DNA from: Macrostomum lignano
Lineage: Eukaryota
Length of the DNA: 64,000 bases
Assembly (NCBI GenBank): GCA_002269645.1
Contig: NIVC01001759.1
Location: 62,001 to 126,000, forward strand
Direction of reading: 5' to 3'
This document shows, piece by piece, positions 43,160 through 56,572 of the stretch; position 1 is the stretch's first letter, and every line of letters begins with the position of its first letter. Below the pieces are notes generated by a model that was given only the letters and a program-made list of their open reading frames with translations, did no database searches and was not told the origin of the DNA. The translations under genes were made by a program, and so were the position numbers.

Positions 43160-43640
43160 GATGTGAAGCTGTTGGTAGAGCCTGTGAATCTGTTGGTAGA
43201 GCCTGTAAAGCTGTTGGTAGAGCCTGTGAAGCTTTTGGTAGAGCCTGTGAATCTGTTGGTAAAGCCTGTAAATCTGTCGGTAAAGCCTGTAAATCTGTCG
43301 GTAAAGCCTGTAAATCTGTTGGTAAAGCCTGTAAATCTGTTGGTAAAGCCTGTAAATCTGTTGGTAAAGCCTGTAAAGCTGTTGGTAAAGCCTGTAAAGC
43401 TGTTGGTAGAGCCTGTAAAGCTGTTGGTAAAGCCTGTAAAGCTGTTGGTAGAGCCTGTAAATCTGTTGGTAAAGCCTGTAAAGCTGTTGGTAAAGCCTGT
43501 AAAGCTGTTGGTAGAGCCTGTAAAGCTGTTGGTAAAGCCTGTAAAGCTGTTGGTAGAGCCTGTAAATCTGTTGGTAAAGCCTGTAAATCTGTTGGTAGAG
43601 CCTGTGAAGCTGTTGGTAGAGCCTGTGAAGCTGTTAGTAG
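43160..43640. repeat. 21-bp minisatellite (gcctgtaaa[g/t]ctgttggta[a/g]a)
   Basis: Direct reading. Confidence 0.96.
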
Positions 43641-44744
43641 AAGCTGAGCCTTGATGAGTTTATGCAGGTTATTTAGCAGTTACTCCTCTGCAAAATAACT
43701 GCTTCACAGCTTAATTGGGAAATATTTCATTCGTTTTTGGCACCCTCCACAGTCTTTCCATGCAATTAGACTCAAACAGTGTAGACTGCATTGCCCCGCT
43801 TGTCAAATATGCGGCATGGGCATTTTGTGGTATAAGAGGGAGCAGGTTAATTGGATGCATTCTGCCGGGTTTTTTAACTCCTCTTTGATCTGTGGGCAGA
43901 ACTGCGGCTGCCTGACAGCTGAGTGCTCTGGCAGGGCTATAGGAGAGCCCTGGGAGAATTGCCAATTGGGGAAAAATCTCCCCAAACACCATCGCTGCAC
44001 TCCGCTAGTGTTTTTCATTGCTTTTCCCGGTTTTCGGGATTGCGAGAATTTTGATAGCCTGAGCTGAGAGAGCGCTGCAGCAGCCTGCATTACTCTGTTG
44101 CCACTGCCACGGGGCGCAGGAAATTGCAGGTGGGGATCTGGGATGTGTGTTGCTGAAAGAAATTAACTCAACAGTTTTTATTTCTTTCCCCAGCTTGAGA
44201 AGGGAAGACTGAGTGCTGCAGGCAGCTCTTCTAAGCAATCGCGAAAGCCACGAAAATGAGAATTGGCGGGAAATGACTAATATTAGGAGAGAGAAAACTG
44301 CTCAAGAAATAATTCTCTCCAGAGAAGTCTGGAAAATTTCTTTCAAAATCTCTCCTTCAGTCTTCACTTTTTTCCTGCTTTGCCTGCCTGCATTGCTGCG
44401 CGGGGCGAGTCTCATTGGGGGAGCGGGGGGGGGGCGCATGTGGCAGCCGCTCCCACCGCCCGCCCGCTTTCCCCCACTGCGACGCCGACGGGAACTGCTG
44501 CGCGCTGTCTCCGCGGCCCGCTTCCCCTCAAAAAAGAGCCGCGCAAAAACTAGTAGGGACAAGAATTATTCTGTTTGTTGAGTCTTCTCAGATGCTAAGC
44601 TAAGCTAATCAATGTTTTATTGATGCGGGGCGGCTGCCTCTCTTTTGACTGTTGTTGCTTTGAATTTCTGCTTGAAAATAGCAGGCAAAACTGTTAGCAA
44701 TCGGACTCGATGCTTTGACGCAGTGGCCGTCTCTAATAGAGATT

Positions 44745-45250
44745 TCTCTGACATGCTAGCTGGTGCCTCCTCTGACATCCTAGCTAGCGCTCCCTCTGAC
44801 ATCCTAGCTGGTGCCTCCTCTGACATCCTAGCTTGCGCTCCCTCTGACATCCTAGCTGGTGCCTCCTCTGACATCCTAGCTTGCGCTCCCTCTGACATCC
44901 TAGCTGGTGCCTCCTCTGACATCCTAGCTAGCGCCTCCTCTGAGATCCTAGCTAGCGCCTCCTCTGACATCCTAGCTAGCGCCTCCTCTGACATCCTAGC
45001 TAGCGCTTGCTCTGATATCCTAGCTAGCGCTCCCTCTGACATCCTAGCTAGCGCTTGCTCTGATATCCTAGCTAGCGCTCCCTCTGACATCCTAGCTAGC
45101 GCTTGCTCTGACATCCTAGCTAGCGCCTCCTCTGAGATCCTAGCTGGTGCCTCCTCTGACATCCTTGCTGGTGCCTCCTCTGACATCCTTGCTGGTGTCT
45201 CCTCTGACATGCTAGCTGGTGCCCCCTCTGACATCCTTGCTGGTGCCTCC
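44745..45250. repeat. 24-bp minisatellite (gctagcgcctcctctgacatccta)
   Basis: Direct reading; ~21 units. Confidence 0.95.
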
Positions 45251-45819
45251 TTTACGGTACCTTGTCTGACATCTGCTGGCACCCCACTCTTCCCCTCTCC
45301 TATAGCGCTCGCGACTGCTTCAATAAAAAATCATGGCTCCGACATGTCGTGCTTGCAATCATCACCTTGCATGCTCTCGCTACTTCTGATACTCAATCCA
45401 CTTCTAATGATCAATTTGCATACACATTGCACACAGAACTGGTCAGCAGTGAGGTGTTAACCGAGTGCGTTTCGACAAGACAAAAACCTTTGCGCAACTG
45501 AAGACTTGGAAGGTGTCAAATTGGTTCAGTATAGATCGTTTTCACTCAAGTCTCTTTTTTAAGTTTCGTTTTTCCCTGTTTCTTCGCGGCAACTCGGTGG
45601 CGGCGACGGAGGCGGCGGAGGCGGCGCGTTTGAATATTAGCATTGTCTTTAAGTGTAAACATGAAGTTGCACGACCAATAGAGCCCAGAGGGCGTCATCT
45701 TTCGCTACCATGGCCCAGTCGGCACAGTACAATTGAGACAGTAGTGGAGTCAGCTTTCAAAGATAGAGTTGAATTGGGATTTCTTCCTTTTTTTGATCCG
45801 ACAGTCCCGACGCCATTGA

Positions 45820-46050
45820 CACCTCTGGTAGCCCTGTCACCCCTGTTACTCCTGTCACCCCTGTTACTCCTGTCACCCCTGTTACTCCTGTCACCCCTGG
45901 TTACTCCTGTCACCCCTGGTTACTCCTGTCACCCCTGGTACTCCTGTCACCCCTGTTACTCCTGTCACCCCTGGTTACTCCTGTCACCCCTGGTTACTCC
46001 TGTCACCCCTGTTGCTCCTGTCACCCCTGGTTACTCCTGTCACCCCTGGT
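45820..46050. repeat. 19-bp minisatellite (ctcctgtcacccct[g/gg]tta)
   Basis: Direct reading. Confidence 0.95.
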
Positions 46051-46654
46051 AGCCCGCATAAAACGCAAGTCAAACAGGCTAAAAAGGAACCAGGCTCTGC
46101 AACTGAGAAGAGTAAGTATTTAAAGGTTAAAACAGAGAAAATATCTAAGGCCTTAATTTTTAATTCTCTACCCAGGTTCGGGAAAGCGGGTCTTTGGGAG
46201 AACCGGAAATAGTGGGATCGAAGGGAACAATGCATCCTCAGCTGTTCTCATCCCTTTACTCTGCAGCCCTGCTCACAGGGAATTCGCCTCAGGGGTTTAA
46301 GGCGGCAGTTAGCCTACATGCAGGAAGGAACCGGTGCTAAGTAACAGCGATATATTCAACTATATACTACTACTTATACTACTGCAGTTGTGCAAGACCG
46401 CAAGGAGCTGAAGCACCAGCTCAGTGATCGGCCCCGGGACTGTGCAAGTTTGTTTTCAAGTAGTCTGGCCAAAGTTTGCCCCCAGGGGTGGAGCCAAAAC
46501 TGCAAGTATATCCTCTCTCTCTGTGTCTCCTACCATTCACTTACAGTCTGTCTCTTCCAATTCAGTGTTTAGACTAGCTAGCTGTAAGGCCTAATGACTG
46601 GATCGAAAAAAATATATAATTCAGTTTGTGTAATTATTGCAAGTGAACAAGAAA

Positions 46655-47660
46655 CGGAGAGAGGTGTAGAGAAAGGTAGTGAGGTGTAGAGAAGGGTAAA
46701 GGGGTGTAGAGAAAGGTAGAGCGGTGTAGAGAGAGGTAGAGAGGTGTAGAGAAAGGTAGAGAGGTGTAGAGAAAGGTAGAGAGGTGTAGAGAGAGGTAGA
46801 GCGGTGTAGAGAGAGGTAGAGAGGTGTAGAGAAAGGTAGAGAGGTGTAGAGAGAGGTAGAGAGGTGTAGAGAAAGGTAGAGAGGTGTAGAGAGAGGTAGA
46901 GAGGTGTAGAGAGAGGTAGAGAGGTGTAGAGAAAGGTAGAGAGGTATAGAGGGAGGTAGAGAGGTGTAGAGAGAGGTAGAGAGGTGTAGAGAAAGGTAGA
47001 GAGGTGTAGAGAGAGGTAGAGAGGTGTAGAGAAAGGTAGAGAGGTGTAGAGAGAGGTAGAGAGGTGTAGAGAAACGGAGAGGGGTGTAGAGAAAGGTAGA
47101 GAGGTGTAGAGAAATGGAGAGGGGTGTAGAGAAAGGTAGAGAGGTGTAGAGAAACGGAGAGGGGTGTAGAGAAAGGTAGTGAGGTGTAGAGAAGGGTAAA
47201 GGGGTGTAGAGAAAGGTAGAGAGGTGTAGAGAAAGGTAGAGAGGTGTAGAGAAACGGAGAGGGGTGTAGAGAAAGGTAGAGAGGTGTAGAGAGAGGTGTA
47301 GAGAAAGGTAGAGAGGTGTAGAGAAAGGTAGAGAGGTGTAGAGAGAGGTAGAGAGGTGTAGAGAGAGGTAGAGAGGTGTAGAGAAAGGTAGAGAGGTGTA
47401 GAGAAACGGAGAGGGGTGTAGAGAAAGGTAGAGAGGTGTAGAGAGAGGTAGAGAGGTGTAGAGAAAGGTAGAGAGGTGTAGAGAAAGGTAGAGAGGTGTA
47501 GAGAAAGGTAGTGAGGTGCAGAGAAAGGTAGAGAGGTGTAGAGAAAGGTAGAGAGGTGTAGAGAAAGGTAGAGAGGTGTAGAGAAAGGTAGAGAGGTGTA
47601 GAGAAAGGTAGAGAGGTGTAGAGAAAGGTAGAGAGGTGTAGAGAAAGGTAGAGAGGTGGA
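46655..47660. repeat. 20-bp purine-rich minisatellite (gtagagaaaggtagagaggt)
   Basis: Direct reading. Confidence 0.96.
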
Positions 47661-48469
47661 TAAAATGGGAGAAAGATATGAAACAAGAGGATGGGCAGAA
47701 GGAAAAAGCATTGAGACAGGATGGGTGAGAAAAAAGCAAATTGATAAATTGTGACGTCAAGTTCCGCTAGATACCAGGGTGCAGGATGATGCCCGGGAAG
47801 ATTCCAGGCCAGTTGTCAAGTCTTTTTTGCATATCTTCCACGGATTCCCAATTAATCTGCGTTCAACCCCTATAGAAGTTATCTCTTAAAGAAGCATTTG
47901 ACTGCTTTTAAAAAGCGGGACTCCAGGTGCCAAATTAGCATATTGACTGTTTAAAATAGCGAATTATAAACGGCGGCCCGCAATCCCTTAGGGATCGGAG
48001 CTCTGAGTCTGAGCTGGGCTCCCTTTTGGTTGCCAAGGCCGCAGCCGGTCGGACAAATTGGGCCGCGGAAACGAGGCGGAAGAAGCGGGGAAGCCAAAAG
48101 TCAAAAAGAGAAAATCGGTAAATCGGTCTCAAAGAAGAGCAGCCGAGTGGCTGGCGGCACGCGGACCGGGAAGGCCTTCCGCCGCCTCACTTGACCCGCG
48201 CACCTGCTGACCCGAGTAGAGCTCGGTTTGTAACCGTCTCAATGTAGCCTTGCAGACCGTGTCCGTGTTTTCAATAACCCAGGGGGTTTCCTTCCTGCTC
48301 CGGGGTCTTTGTTGCCAGCCAGGGACTTTGCATCGCCGAAAAGAGATTTTCATCAAAAATGCTGAATTCTAGGCGTTATGAAAGTGGCTGCATTAAACTT
48401 TTAGGCCAAGGATTGGCAAACGTTTCTATCTCTAAGGCCAGATGAAGAATCCACATGAATTGAGGCTGA

Positions 48470-48585
48470 GAGATGAGATGGGAGAAGAGATAAGAAAGAA
48501 GAGAAGAGAAGAGAAGAGGGGAGAGAAGAGAGGAGAGAGAGAGAAGAGAGGAGAGAGAACAAGAGTGGAGAGACGAGGGGAGAGA

Positions 48586-48620
<35 letters not shown>

Positions 48621-48885
48621 GGAGAGAAGAGAGGGGAGAGAGGAGAGGGGAGAGAGAAGAGGGGAGAGAACAGAATGGAGAGGATAGAAGAGAGGGGAGA
48701 AGGGAGAGAGGGGAGAAGGGAGAGAGGAGAGAAGAGAGGGGAGAGAACAGAATGGAGAGAGGAGAGAAGAGAGGGGAGAGAAGAGAGAGAGCAGAGAGAA
48801 GAGATGGGAGAGAAGAGAGGAGAGAGAGCAGAGATAAGAGAGAGGAGAGGAGAGAGAAGAGAGAGCAGAGAGAAGAGATGGGAGA
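48470..48885. repeat. GA-rich low-complexity tract
   Basis: Direct reading. Confidence 0.92.
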
Positions 48886-49554
48886 GCCATCGCTTCCGTC
48901 TTCCAATCCAGGGCAGCTCTGTGAAGACCAGGACGCACCCTTCAGTAGTCCCTGGTTCGATAATAGGTTTTTTTCCTGTGTCTCAATTCTTTTTTTCTTA
49001 ATTTTTTCTCTAGGAATCCTCAGCGCTTGTCTCCGGGCGGAGGCCGACCCCCAGCTCGGGCTCTGGAAAAGGAGTCAAACGGCCTTCTTACGGAAGAATG
49101 CCGGTGTAGAAAATGAAGCCATTTCCCGTCATCAGCCCCCAAGGGATTCTGTTGGGGAGAAGGCGGGACTCAAATGGGAGGCGGGAGCTGTCTGTCTGGT
49201 GGTTCCGGAATGCTGGGGGAAACGGGGCTGCCCGGATACCGAGATGAAGGCCCAGCGTGCCCGAAGGCTTATTCGGTTGGGTGGGGCAGCTGCAGTGAGC
49301 CTGGCGCACAGGTGAAATTCTACTAGCCACAATTATACTCATGTAACCATTTCAATTGCTGCGCGTCTAAAATGGCGTCACTGATTGCCATTATCCTAGC
49401 TGAATAATGCCATTAATTCATATTTTTAGAATGATGATTTCAACTACTGTACACACCCTCCGACTCTTATTGATGACTATTAGTGATGCTGGGGCTAACT
49501 GAATGAATGTTATTAGATCTCAAGTTAGCTAATTGTTTTAGCTAAAATCGGTAA

Positions 49555-49875
49555 CCAAAAGACACCCCAAATCACTCACCAGAGACATCAAATCATCCAT
49601 CAAAGACACCCTGAATCAGCCGCCAAAGACACCCCAAATCAGCCGCCAAAGACACCCCTAATCAGTCACAAAAGACACCCCAAATCAGCCACCAAAGACA
49701 CCCCGAAATTCCCGAATCAGCCTCCAAAGACACCCCTAATCAGCCACCAAAGACACCCTTAATCAGCCACCAAAGACACCCCTAATCAGCCACCAAAGAC
49801 AACCCTAATCAGCCACCAAAGACACCCCGAACCAGCCAACTAAGATACCTCAAACCAAACAACTAAACACCCCGA
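49555..49875. repeat. ~23-bp minisatellite (aaagacaccc..aatcagccacc)
   Basis: Direct reading. Confidence 0.9.
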
Positions 49876-50637
49876 ATGAGCGGGTATCAATTTAGAGAAT
49901 CCCCCAACCGTTCACTGGTCAGGTGCAAGCTAAGCCAGCTAAACGCCTCTCCGCCCTGAGCCGGTCTGACAGCAGCAACAAAAAGCGCTCCCCCACTCTT
50001 TTCCAGGGCTGCAACGCTGCAAAATAATTGGGATTGTCAATTGTGTCGGAATTGCGCTGGCTGACACGAGTAGGATAAGCAGAGATGGGGAGAGCTGAGT
50101 CTGGGTCTCGGGTCTAGTTTATGATGGGAGGTGGTCAGCCAGACTGCCGCCAGGGCGCTATTTCCCCAAATTGAGGGGGGGATTCTCATTGAAGAGGGGG
50201 CTTAGAGCTTCCGCTAGCCTTGTGGCTGCCGGCCCCTACCTTCCCTTATTAATTGACAGTGAAATGCACCACTGCGGGCCCTTCACCGCGGTGAATGCCA
50301 TTCTGTCACCTCTCCCTCTCTCTCCCGCCTCCTGCTCCTCTCGGAGTGGCATGCCGGGAATTGAGTTCTGAGTTCTGGAGAGGCCAGCTCCACCAGGCAA
50401 CTTTCAATTCAGACAAGAGAAGGCTTCTAACCACTTCCTCCTAGAATAACAGACCAACCAGCACCAACCCATTCCAAGCGCTTCCCAATGCCGCCCGCCA
50501 CCAAAAACCAAACCTTTTTCCCGCAGTGCAGCGGCCCGCGCCAAGGACCACTTTTACAAACTAGGAATCTGGATTTGGCTATTTTTAACCAGCTAAAACT
50601 AAATTCTCCGGATCAAAGTTTTTAAAATGTTGCTTTA

Positions 50638-51355
50638 AACATGCAGATGTAGACATGCAGATGTAGACATGCAGATGTAGACATGCAGATGTAGACATGC
50701 AGATGTAGACATGCAGATGTAGACATGCAGATGTAGACATGCAGATGTAGACATGCAGATGTAGACATGCAGATGTAGTAGACATGCAGATGTAGTAGAC
50801 ATGCAGATGTAGTAGACATGCAGATGTAGACATGCAGATGTAGTAGACATGCAGATGTAGTAGACATGCAGATGTAGACATGCAGATGTAGTAGACATGC
50901 AGATGTAGACATGCAGATGTAGTAGACATGCAGATGTAGACATGCAGATGTAGTAGACATGCAGATGTAGTAGACATGCAGATGTAGTAGACATGCAGAT
51001 GTAGACATGCAGATGTAGTAGACATGCAGATGTAGTAGACATGCAGATGTAGTAGACATGCAGATGTAGACATGCAGATGTAGACATGCAGATGTAGACA
51101 CGCAGATGTAGACATGCAGATGTAGTAGACATGCAGATGTAGTAGACATGCAGATGTAGTAGACATGCAGATGTAGACATGCAGATGTAGTAGACATGCA
51201 GATGTAGTAGACATGCAGATGTAGACATGCAGATGTAGACACGCAGATGTAGACATGCAGATGTAGACACGCAGATGTGGACATGCAGATGTAGATATGC
51301 AGATGTAGACATGCAGATGTAGACACGCAGATGTGGACATGCAGATGTAGACATC
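50638..51355. repeat. 14/17-bp minisatellite (gacatgcagatgta +/- gta)
   Basis: Direct reading. Confidence 0.96.
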
Positions 51356-51947
51356 CAGAAAATGTTTCATTTCTTCTTTACATACAACATTCAATTTTTC
51401 TGAGCAATCTGAGGGAACCCTAACTATCGCGGCTAGAACCAGATCCCCTGTCCAGACCTCCATGCCCCCCCCGCCCCCCAGACAGCCACCTCCTCTCTTT
51501 GAAAAGCAAGCTAGAAAGCAAAACTCTCCGACTGGCCACTTCAAAGGCAGGTGCTCGATTTTCTCCTTCAGTCTTTCCAACCATTTTGTTATTGTTAATG
51601 CACTTTTTTCCCTTCCCTTCCACTCGTGTGCCATAACGAGTTTGAGTGAGAGCTAAGAGAAAATAAGAAAAAAACCGGAAGAGAAAATGTTATTCCACTG
51701 CTCCGCTCAGCTGCTCTCCAACAGGCCGGCTCTTATTATTTCATTTCCTCATTCCGTCATCGCTTTCATTCCTCATACGGCACAACTGCTGACAGGAACA
51801 GCAAACTGGGTCTGTGACTATTTTATGAATACTAGATATTCACCACTAAGATATTCACCAACAATAATTATTCACAACACCAGATATTCACCGCACTAGA
51901 ATACTCTCAAACACTAGATTATTCACAATACAGATATTCACAAACAC

Positions 51948-53592
51948 CAGTGCTGGGCGTTAACTAGTTAATTGTTTAACTAGTTAATTAACTAGTTAAT
52001 TTTTTTAAAAAATCGTTAAATTTTCGTTAAATTTTTTATGTATTAACTAGTTAACAAAAATCGTTAATTTTTTTCTGAAGTTAAAGTTAAATGACAAAAG
52101 TTAATAATTCCGGGAAATGGAGTTCCCCGGTTTCAAAATCCGCGGGTTTCAACAGCTTGTATGCCATTAAAAAGTAATATTAATACATACGTAAAATAAC
52201 TTCGCCTTTCTAAGCATTATTTAACGCGTCACAAACTACTATTACATGTATATATTTCAGTTACAAGTTATAATGTATTGAATATTCCGGAAGATTCTGG
52301 AATCTTCAACTATTATCTATTGATATTCTACCCAAGGACAATTAACTAGAAGTTATCGTTGTACATAGAGATGTCAATTCCCCGGGGAATTTTCTTATCG
52401 GGGACCCGGGGAATTTACTGTCATTCCCCGGGGACCCCGGGGAAAAAAATAAGTAAAAAACGGCGGATAACTTAGATCTTTATAAGTCACTAAGTGGCAT
52501 TTTTTAAACTTTGATTAAAGCTTTGGATGGACTACATGTTCAAGGCGCAAGGGTAAAAACTTTAAGCAATGTTTGTTTAAAACTGTATTTGACAACGTGG
52601 CATCACCAAATCGTGCGCGCACCTTTATCAGAAAGGGTCCAGACTCCGGAGGCGGAAAATGCTTACTCAGCAGCTGCACTCGTGGGAGGATAATTAATGA
52701 ATGAGACTGTTTTTATAATCGAAATTTTAATTTCTTGCAGATACAAATAAATCACCATTTTGTCCTGTCTAATACGGAGCATTTTGTTATTGTATGATAC
52801 CACCCCTATGCGTCAGTGACTGACGCAGGATATGGCGCTGTGCCTGCGTCAAATGTGTCAAGCCGTCAATGCAGACCAACACAATAGTCAGTAAGGCTTC
52901 TTTTTCCTGATGGGTTTCTACGCTCGTACGTTCAATTTGCTTGATTGAAAGACTCATAGTGAAAAAAAACATTCAAACAGGTCGCTAATTTCATAAGACC
53001 GAAATTTCACAATGCCGAAAATTCTGCATGCAATACAATCCTTATTGTAAAGTTTTCTACGATGTGAAATTTCGGTCTTATGAAGTTTCGGTCTTGTGAA
53101 GTATGGTGTTTCGGCGTTGTGAAATTTCGGTCTTATGAACCCCCCCCCATTCAAACGTGTGTTGTGTTTGAAATAATACATTGAAATAAGCAGTTTTGCG
53201 GTAAAAAAGCATAGACAGAGTTTCAATCAGCTTTCTGTGAATAATTTTCTTATTTAAATGGCAAAAATTTAGTTAAAAATGCTTTTTTTCTCCCCGGGGT
53301 CCCCGGTCTAATTCCCAGGGGAGTATTCCCCGACAAGCTCCCCAGGGCGCCGTGACCTGGCCACAGCCGCGCCGCGCCGACCTGAAATTTAAAAAAACAC
53401 GCCGAACACATGTCCGGGAAAATGTCACTTTTTCCGTTAGGGAATTATTAACTTTAACTTTTAACTTTTCAGAAGTTAAATTTTAGGCAAAAGTTAAATA
53501 ATTAACTAGTTACAGTTAATTTTTTTGGAGCAATTAAATTAACTTTTTAACTTTTAACGAGTTAAAAAAATTGATTAACTTGCCCAGCACTG
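51948..53592. mobile_element. Non-autonomous hAT-type element (1645 bp) with 11-bp TIRs and 8-bp TSD
   Basis: TIR cagtgctgggc (51948-51958) / gcccagcactg (53582-53592); TSD acaaacac at 51940-51947 and 53593-53600; both ends are rich in agttaa/ttaact subterminal repeats. It splits a satellite array. Confidence 0.88.
52990..53139. repeat. 150-bp foldback / MITE-like inverted repeat nested in the hAT element
   Basis: ttcataagaccgaaatttcacaatgccgaaa (52990-53020) versus the reverse complement of 53109-53139: 31 bp, one mismatch. Confidence 0.75.
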
Positions 53593-54829
53593 ACAAACAC
53601 TAGATTATTCACAATACGGATATTCACAAACACTAGATTTTCACAATACGGATATTCACAAACACTAGATTTTCTCAATACGGATATTCACAAACACTAG
53701 ATTTTCTCAATACGGATATTCACAAACACTAGATTATTCACAATACAGATATTCACAAACACTAGATTATTCACAATACAGATATTCACAAACACTAGAT
53801 ATTCACAATACGGATATTCACAAACACTAGATATTCACAATACGGATATTCACAAACACTAGATATTCACAATACGGATATTCACAAACACTAGATATTC
53901 ACAATACGGATATTCACAAACACTAGATATTCACAATACGGATATTCACAAACACTAGAATATTCACAATACGGATATTCACAAACACTAGATATTCACA
54001 ATACGGATATTCACAAACACTAGATATTCACAATACGGATATTCACAAACACTAGATATTCACAATACGGATATTCACAAACACTAGAATATTCACAAAC
54101 ACTAGAATATTCACATATTCACAGATATTCACAACACGAATCAAAGCATCTCCAAATGTCTGAAAAAGTTAGGTTCAAGATCCGAAATAATCCAGAATCT
54201 AAAACTGGCCCTAACCGCATCAAACCAATATTGAAACCAGAAGTGCCGAGTGAAACCCAAACTGAGCAATGCCTCACCTCAACAACTGCCAGGCCCCTTC
54301 AAAGCTGAGCAGCTCAGGTCTTTGTCAGTGTATTACTTATTGATTAGGGACCCCGCCCGCCCCAGCCCACTCACCGAGATGAGTCTGGTCCCGCATCATG
54401 GGAAAACTCTGGTGGGATTTGTGGAACAAGAGGAGAAAAAAGTGAGGAATTAATTTCGCTAACCCCCCCCCGAACCCAGCACGCTGCACCCCGCCCCGCC
54501 TCCTCACTCTTCAGCTAAAAAAGCTTGAAAATCCTCTCTTCCCAAACTTCTTCCCAAATCCTCAGCCGCTCTCTAACAAAAATTCCCAAGCAAGCCGCTG
54601 CCCGCTTCCCAGTCTCAATAATATTCAAAGCTTCACCAACCAGCCGGCACAAGTCAGGGCTGCCGGGTCCCCAATGGTTTATTATGATGCTGATGCTGAT
54701 GATGAAGCCTTCCTCCTCATCATCAACTGTCTTTACGCGCAAAATCCCAGCTACACTCCAGTCGCATGTCTCCAAAAAATCCCAAGCTACATGGATAGCT
54801 AAAAACTAGCTCCCTAAGACTCTGGCATG

Positions 54830-56572
54830 AAATTTAGCGCCACAGCCTAAACTTTAGCGCCACAGACTAGACTTTAGCGCCACATACTAGATTTTAGCGC
54901 CTCAGACTAGATTTTGGCGCCAAAGACTGAATTTAAGCGCCACAGACTGAATTTTAGCGCCACAGACTGAATTTTAGCGCCACAGACTGAATTTTAGCGC
55001 CACAGACTGAATTTTAGCGCCACAGACTAGATTTTAGTGCCAGACTAGATGTTAGCGCCACGCAGACTTGATTTAAGCGTCTTAGACTAGACCATAGCGC
55101 CGCAGACTAAACTTTAGCTCCACAGACTAGATTTTAGCGCCACAGACTGAATTTTTGCGCCACAGACTAGATTTTAGCGCCACAGACTAGATTTTAGCGC
55201 CACAGACTGAACTTAAGCGCCACAGACTGAATTTTAGCACCACAGACTAGATTTTAGCGCCACAGACTAGATTTTAGCGCCACAGACTAGATTTTAGCGC
55301 CACAGACTAGATTTTAGCGCCACAGACTAGATTTTAGCGCCACAGACTAGATTTTAGCGCCACAGACTGAACTTAAGCGCCACAGACTAGATTTTAGCGC
55401 CACAGACTAGATTTTAGCGCCACAGACTGAACTTAAGCGCCACAGACTAGATTTTAACGCCACAGAATAGATTTTAGCGCCACAGACTAGATTTTAGCGC
55501 CTCGGAATAGATTTTAGCGCCACAGACTTGATTTTGGCACCACAGACTGAATTTTAGCGCCACAGACTAGATTTTGGCGCCACAGACTAAATTTTAACGC
55601 TACAGACTAGATTTTAACGCCACAGAATAGATTTTAGCGCCTCAGAATAGATTTTAGCGCCACAGACAAGATTTTAGCGCCGCAAAACTGATTTTGACGC
55701 CACAGAACAGATTTTAGCGCCACAGACTAGATTTTAGCGCCTCGGAATAGATTTTAGCGCCACAGACTTGATTTTGGCACCACAGACTGAATTTTAGCGC
55801 CACAGACTAGATTTTGGCGCCACAGACTAAATTTTAACGCTACAGACTAGATTTTAACGCCACAGAATAGATTTTAGCGCCTCAGAATAGATTTTAGCGC
55901 CACAGACAAGATTTTAGCGCCGCAAAACTGATTTTGACGCCACAGAACAGATTTTGGCGCCACAGACTCATTTTAGCGCCACAGACTAGACTTTGGCACC
56001 ACAGAACAGATTTTGGCGCCACAGACTTATTTTAGCGCCACAGACTAGACTTTAGCGCCACAGAACAGATTTTGGCGCCACAGACTCATTTTAGCGCCAC
56101 AGACTAGACTTTGGCACCACAGAACAGATTTTGGCGCCACAGACTCATTTTAGCGCCACAGACTAGACTTTAGCGCCACAGAACAGATTTTGGCGCCACA
56201 GACTCATTTTAGCGCCACAGACTAGACTTTGGCACCACAGAACAGATTTTGGCGCCACAGACTCATTTTAGCGCCACAGACTAGACTTTAGCGCCACAGA
56301 ACAGATTTTGGCGCCACAGACTCATTTTAGCGCCACAGACTAGACTTTGGCACCACAGAACAGATTTTGGCGCCACAGACTCATTTTAGCGCCACAGACT
56401 AGACTTTAGCGCCACAGAACAGATTTTGGCGCCACAGACTCATTTTAGCGCCACAGACTAGACTTTGGCACCACAGAGCAGATTTTGGCGCCACAGACTC
56501 ATTTTAGCGCCACAGACTAGACTTTAGCGCCACAGAACAGATTTTGGCGCCACAGACTCATTTTAGCGCCAC
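54830..56572. repeat. 20-bp minisatellite (tagattttagcgccacagac) with 240-bp and 59/118-bp higher-order repeats
   Basis: The 60-nt lines starting at 55501, 55561 and 55621 are identical to those at 55741, 55801 and 55861; ABC/ABC' pattern from ~55945. Confidence 0.97.

Larger units (their letters stand above)
51830..54135. repeat. ~32-bp dimeric satellite (gatattcacaaacacta-gatattcacaatacg) interrupted by the hAT element
   Basis: Array present at 51830-51947 and resumes at 53593-54135. Confidence 0.92.

Noticed and set aside
43036-43654. CKAVGKA / VKPVKLL repeat ORFs
   Set aside because: 21-bp array; no unique coding context.
44617-45460. 221-aa ARMSEEA-repeat ORF (-) and 271-aa ASSDILA ORF (+)
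   Set aside because: A 24-bp array open on both strands; the minus ORF starts at GTG and no credible splice acceptor or domain was seen.
52511-52972. Transposase gene inside the hAT element
   Set aside because: Only two ~60-aa fragments on opposite strands with at best faint resemblance to a hAT C-terminus; the element is treated as non-autonomous.
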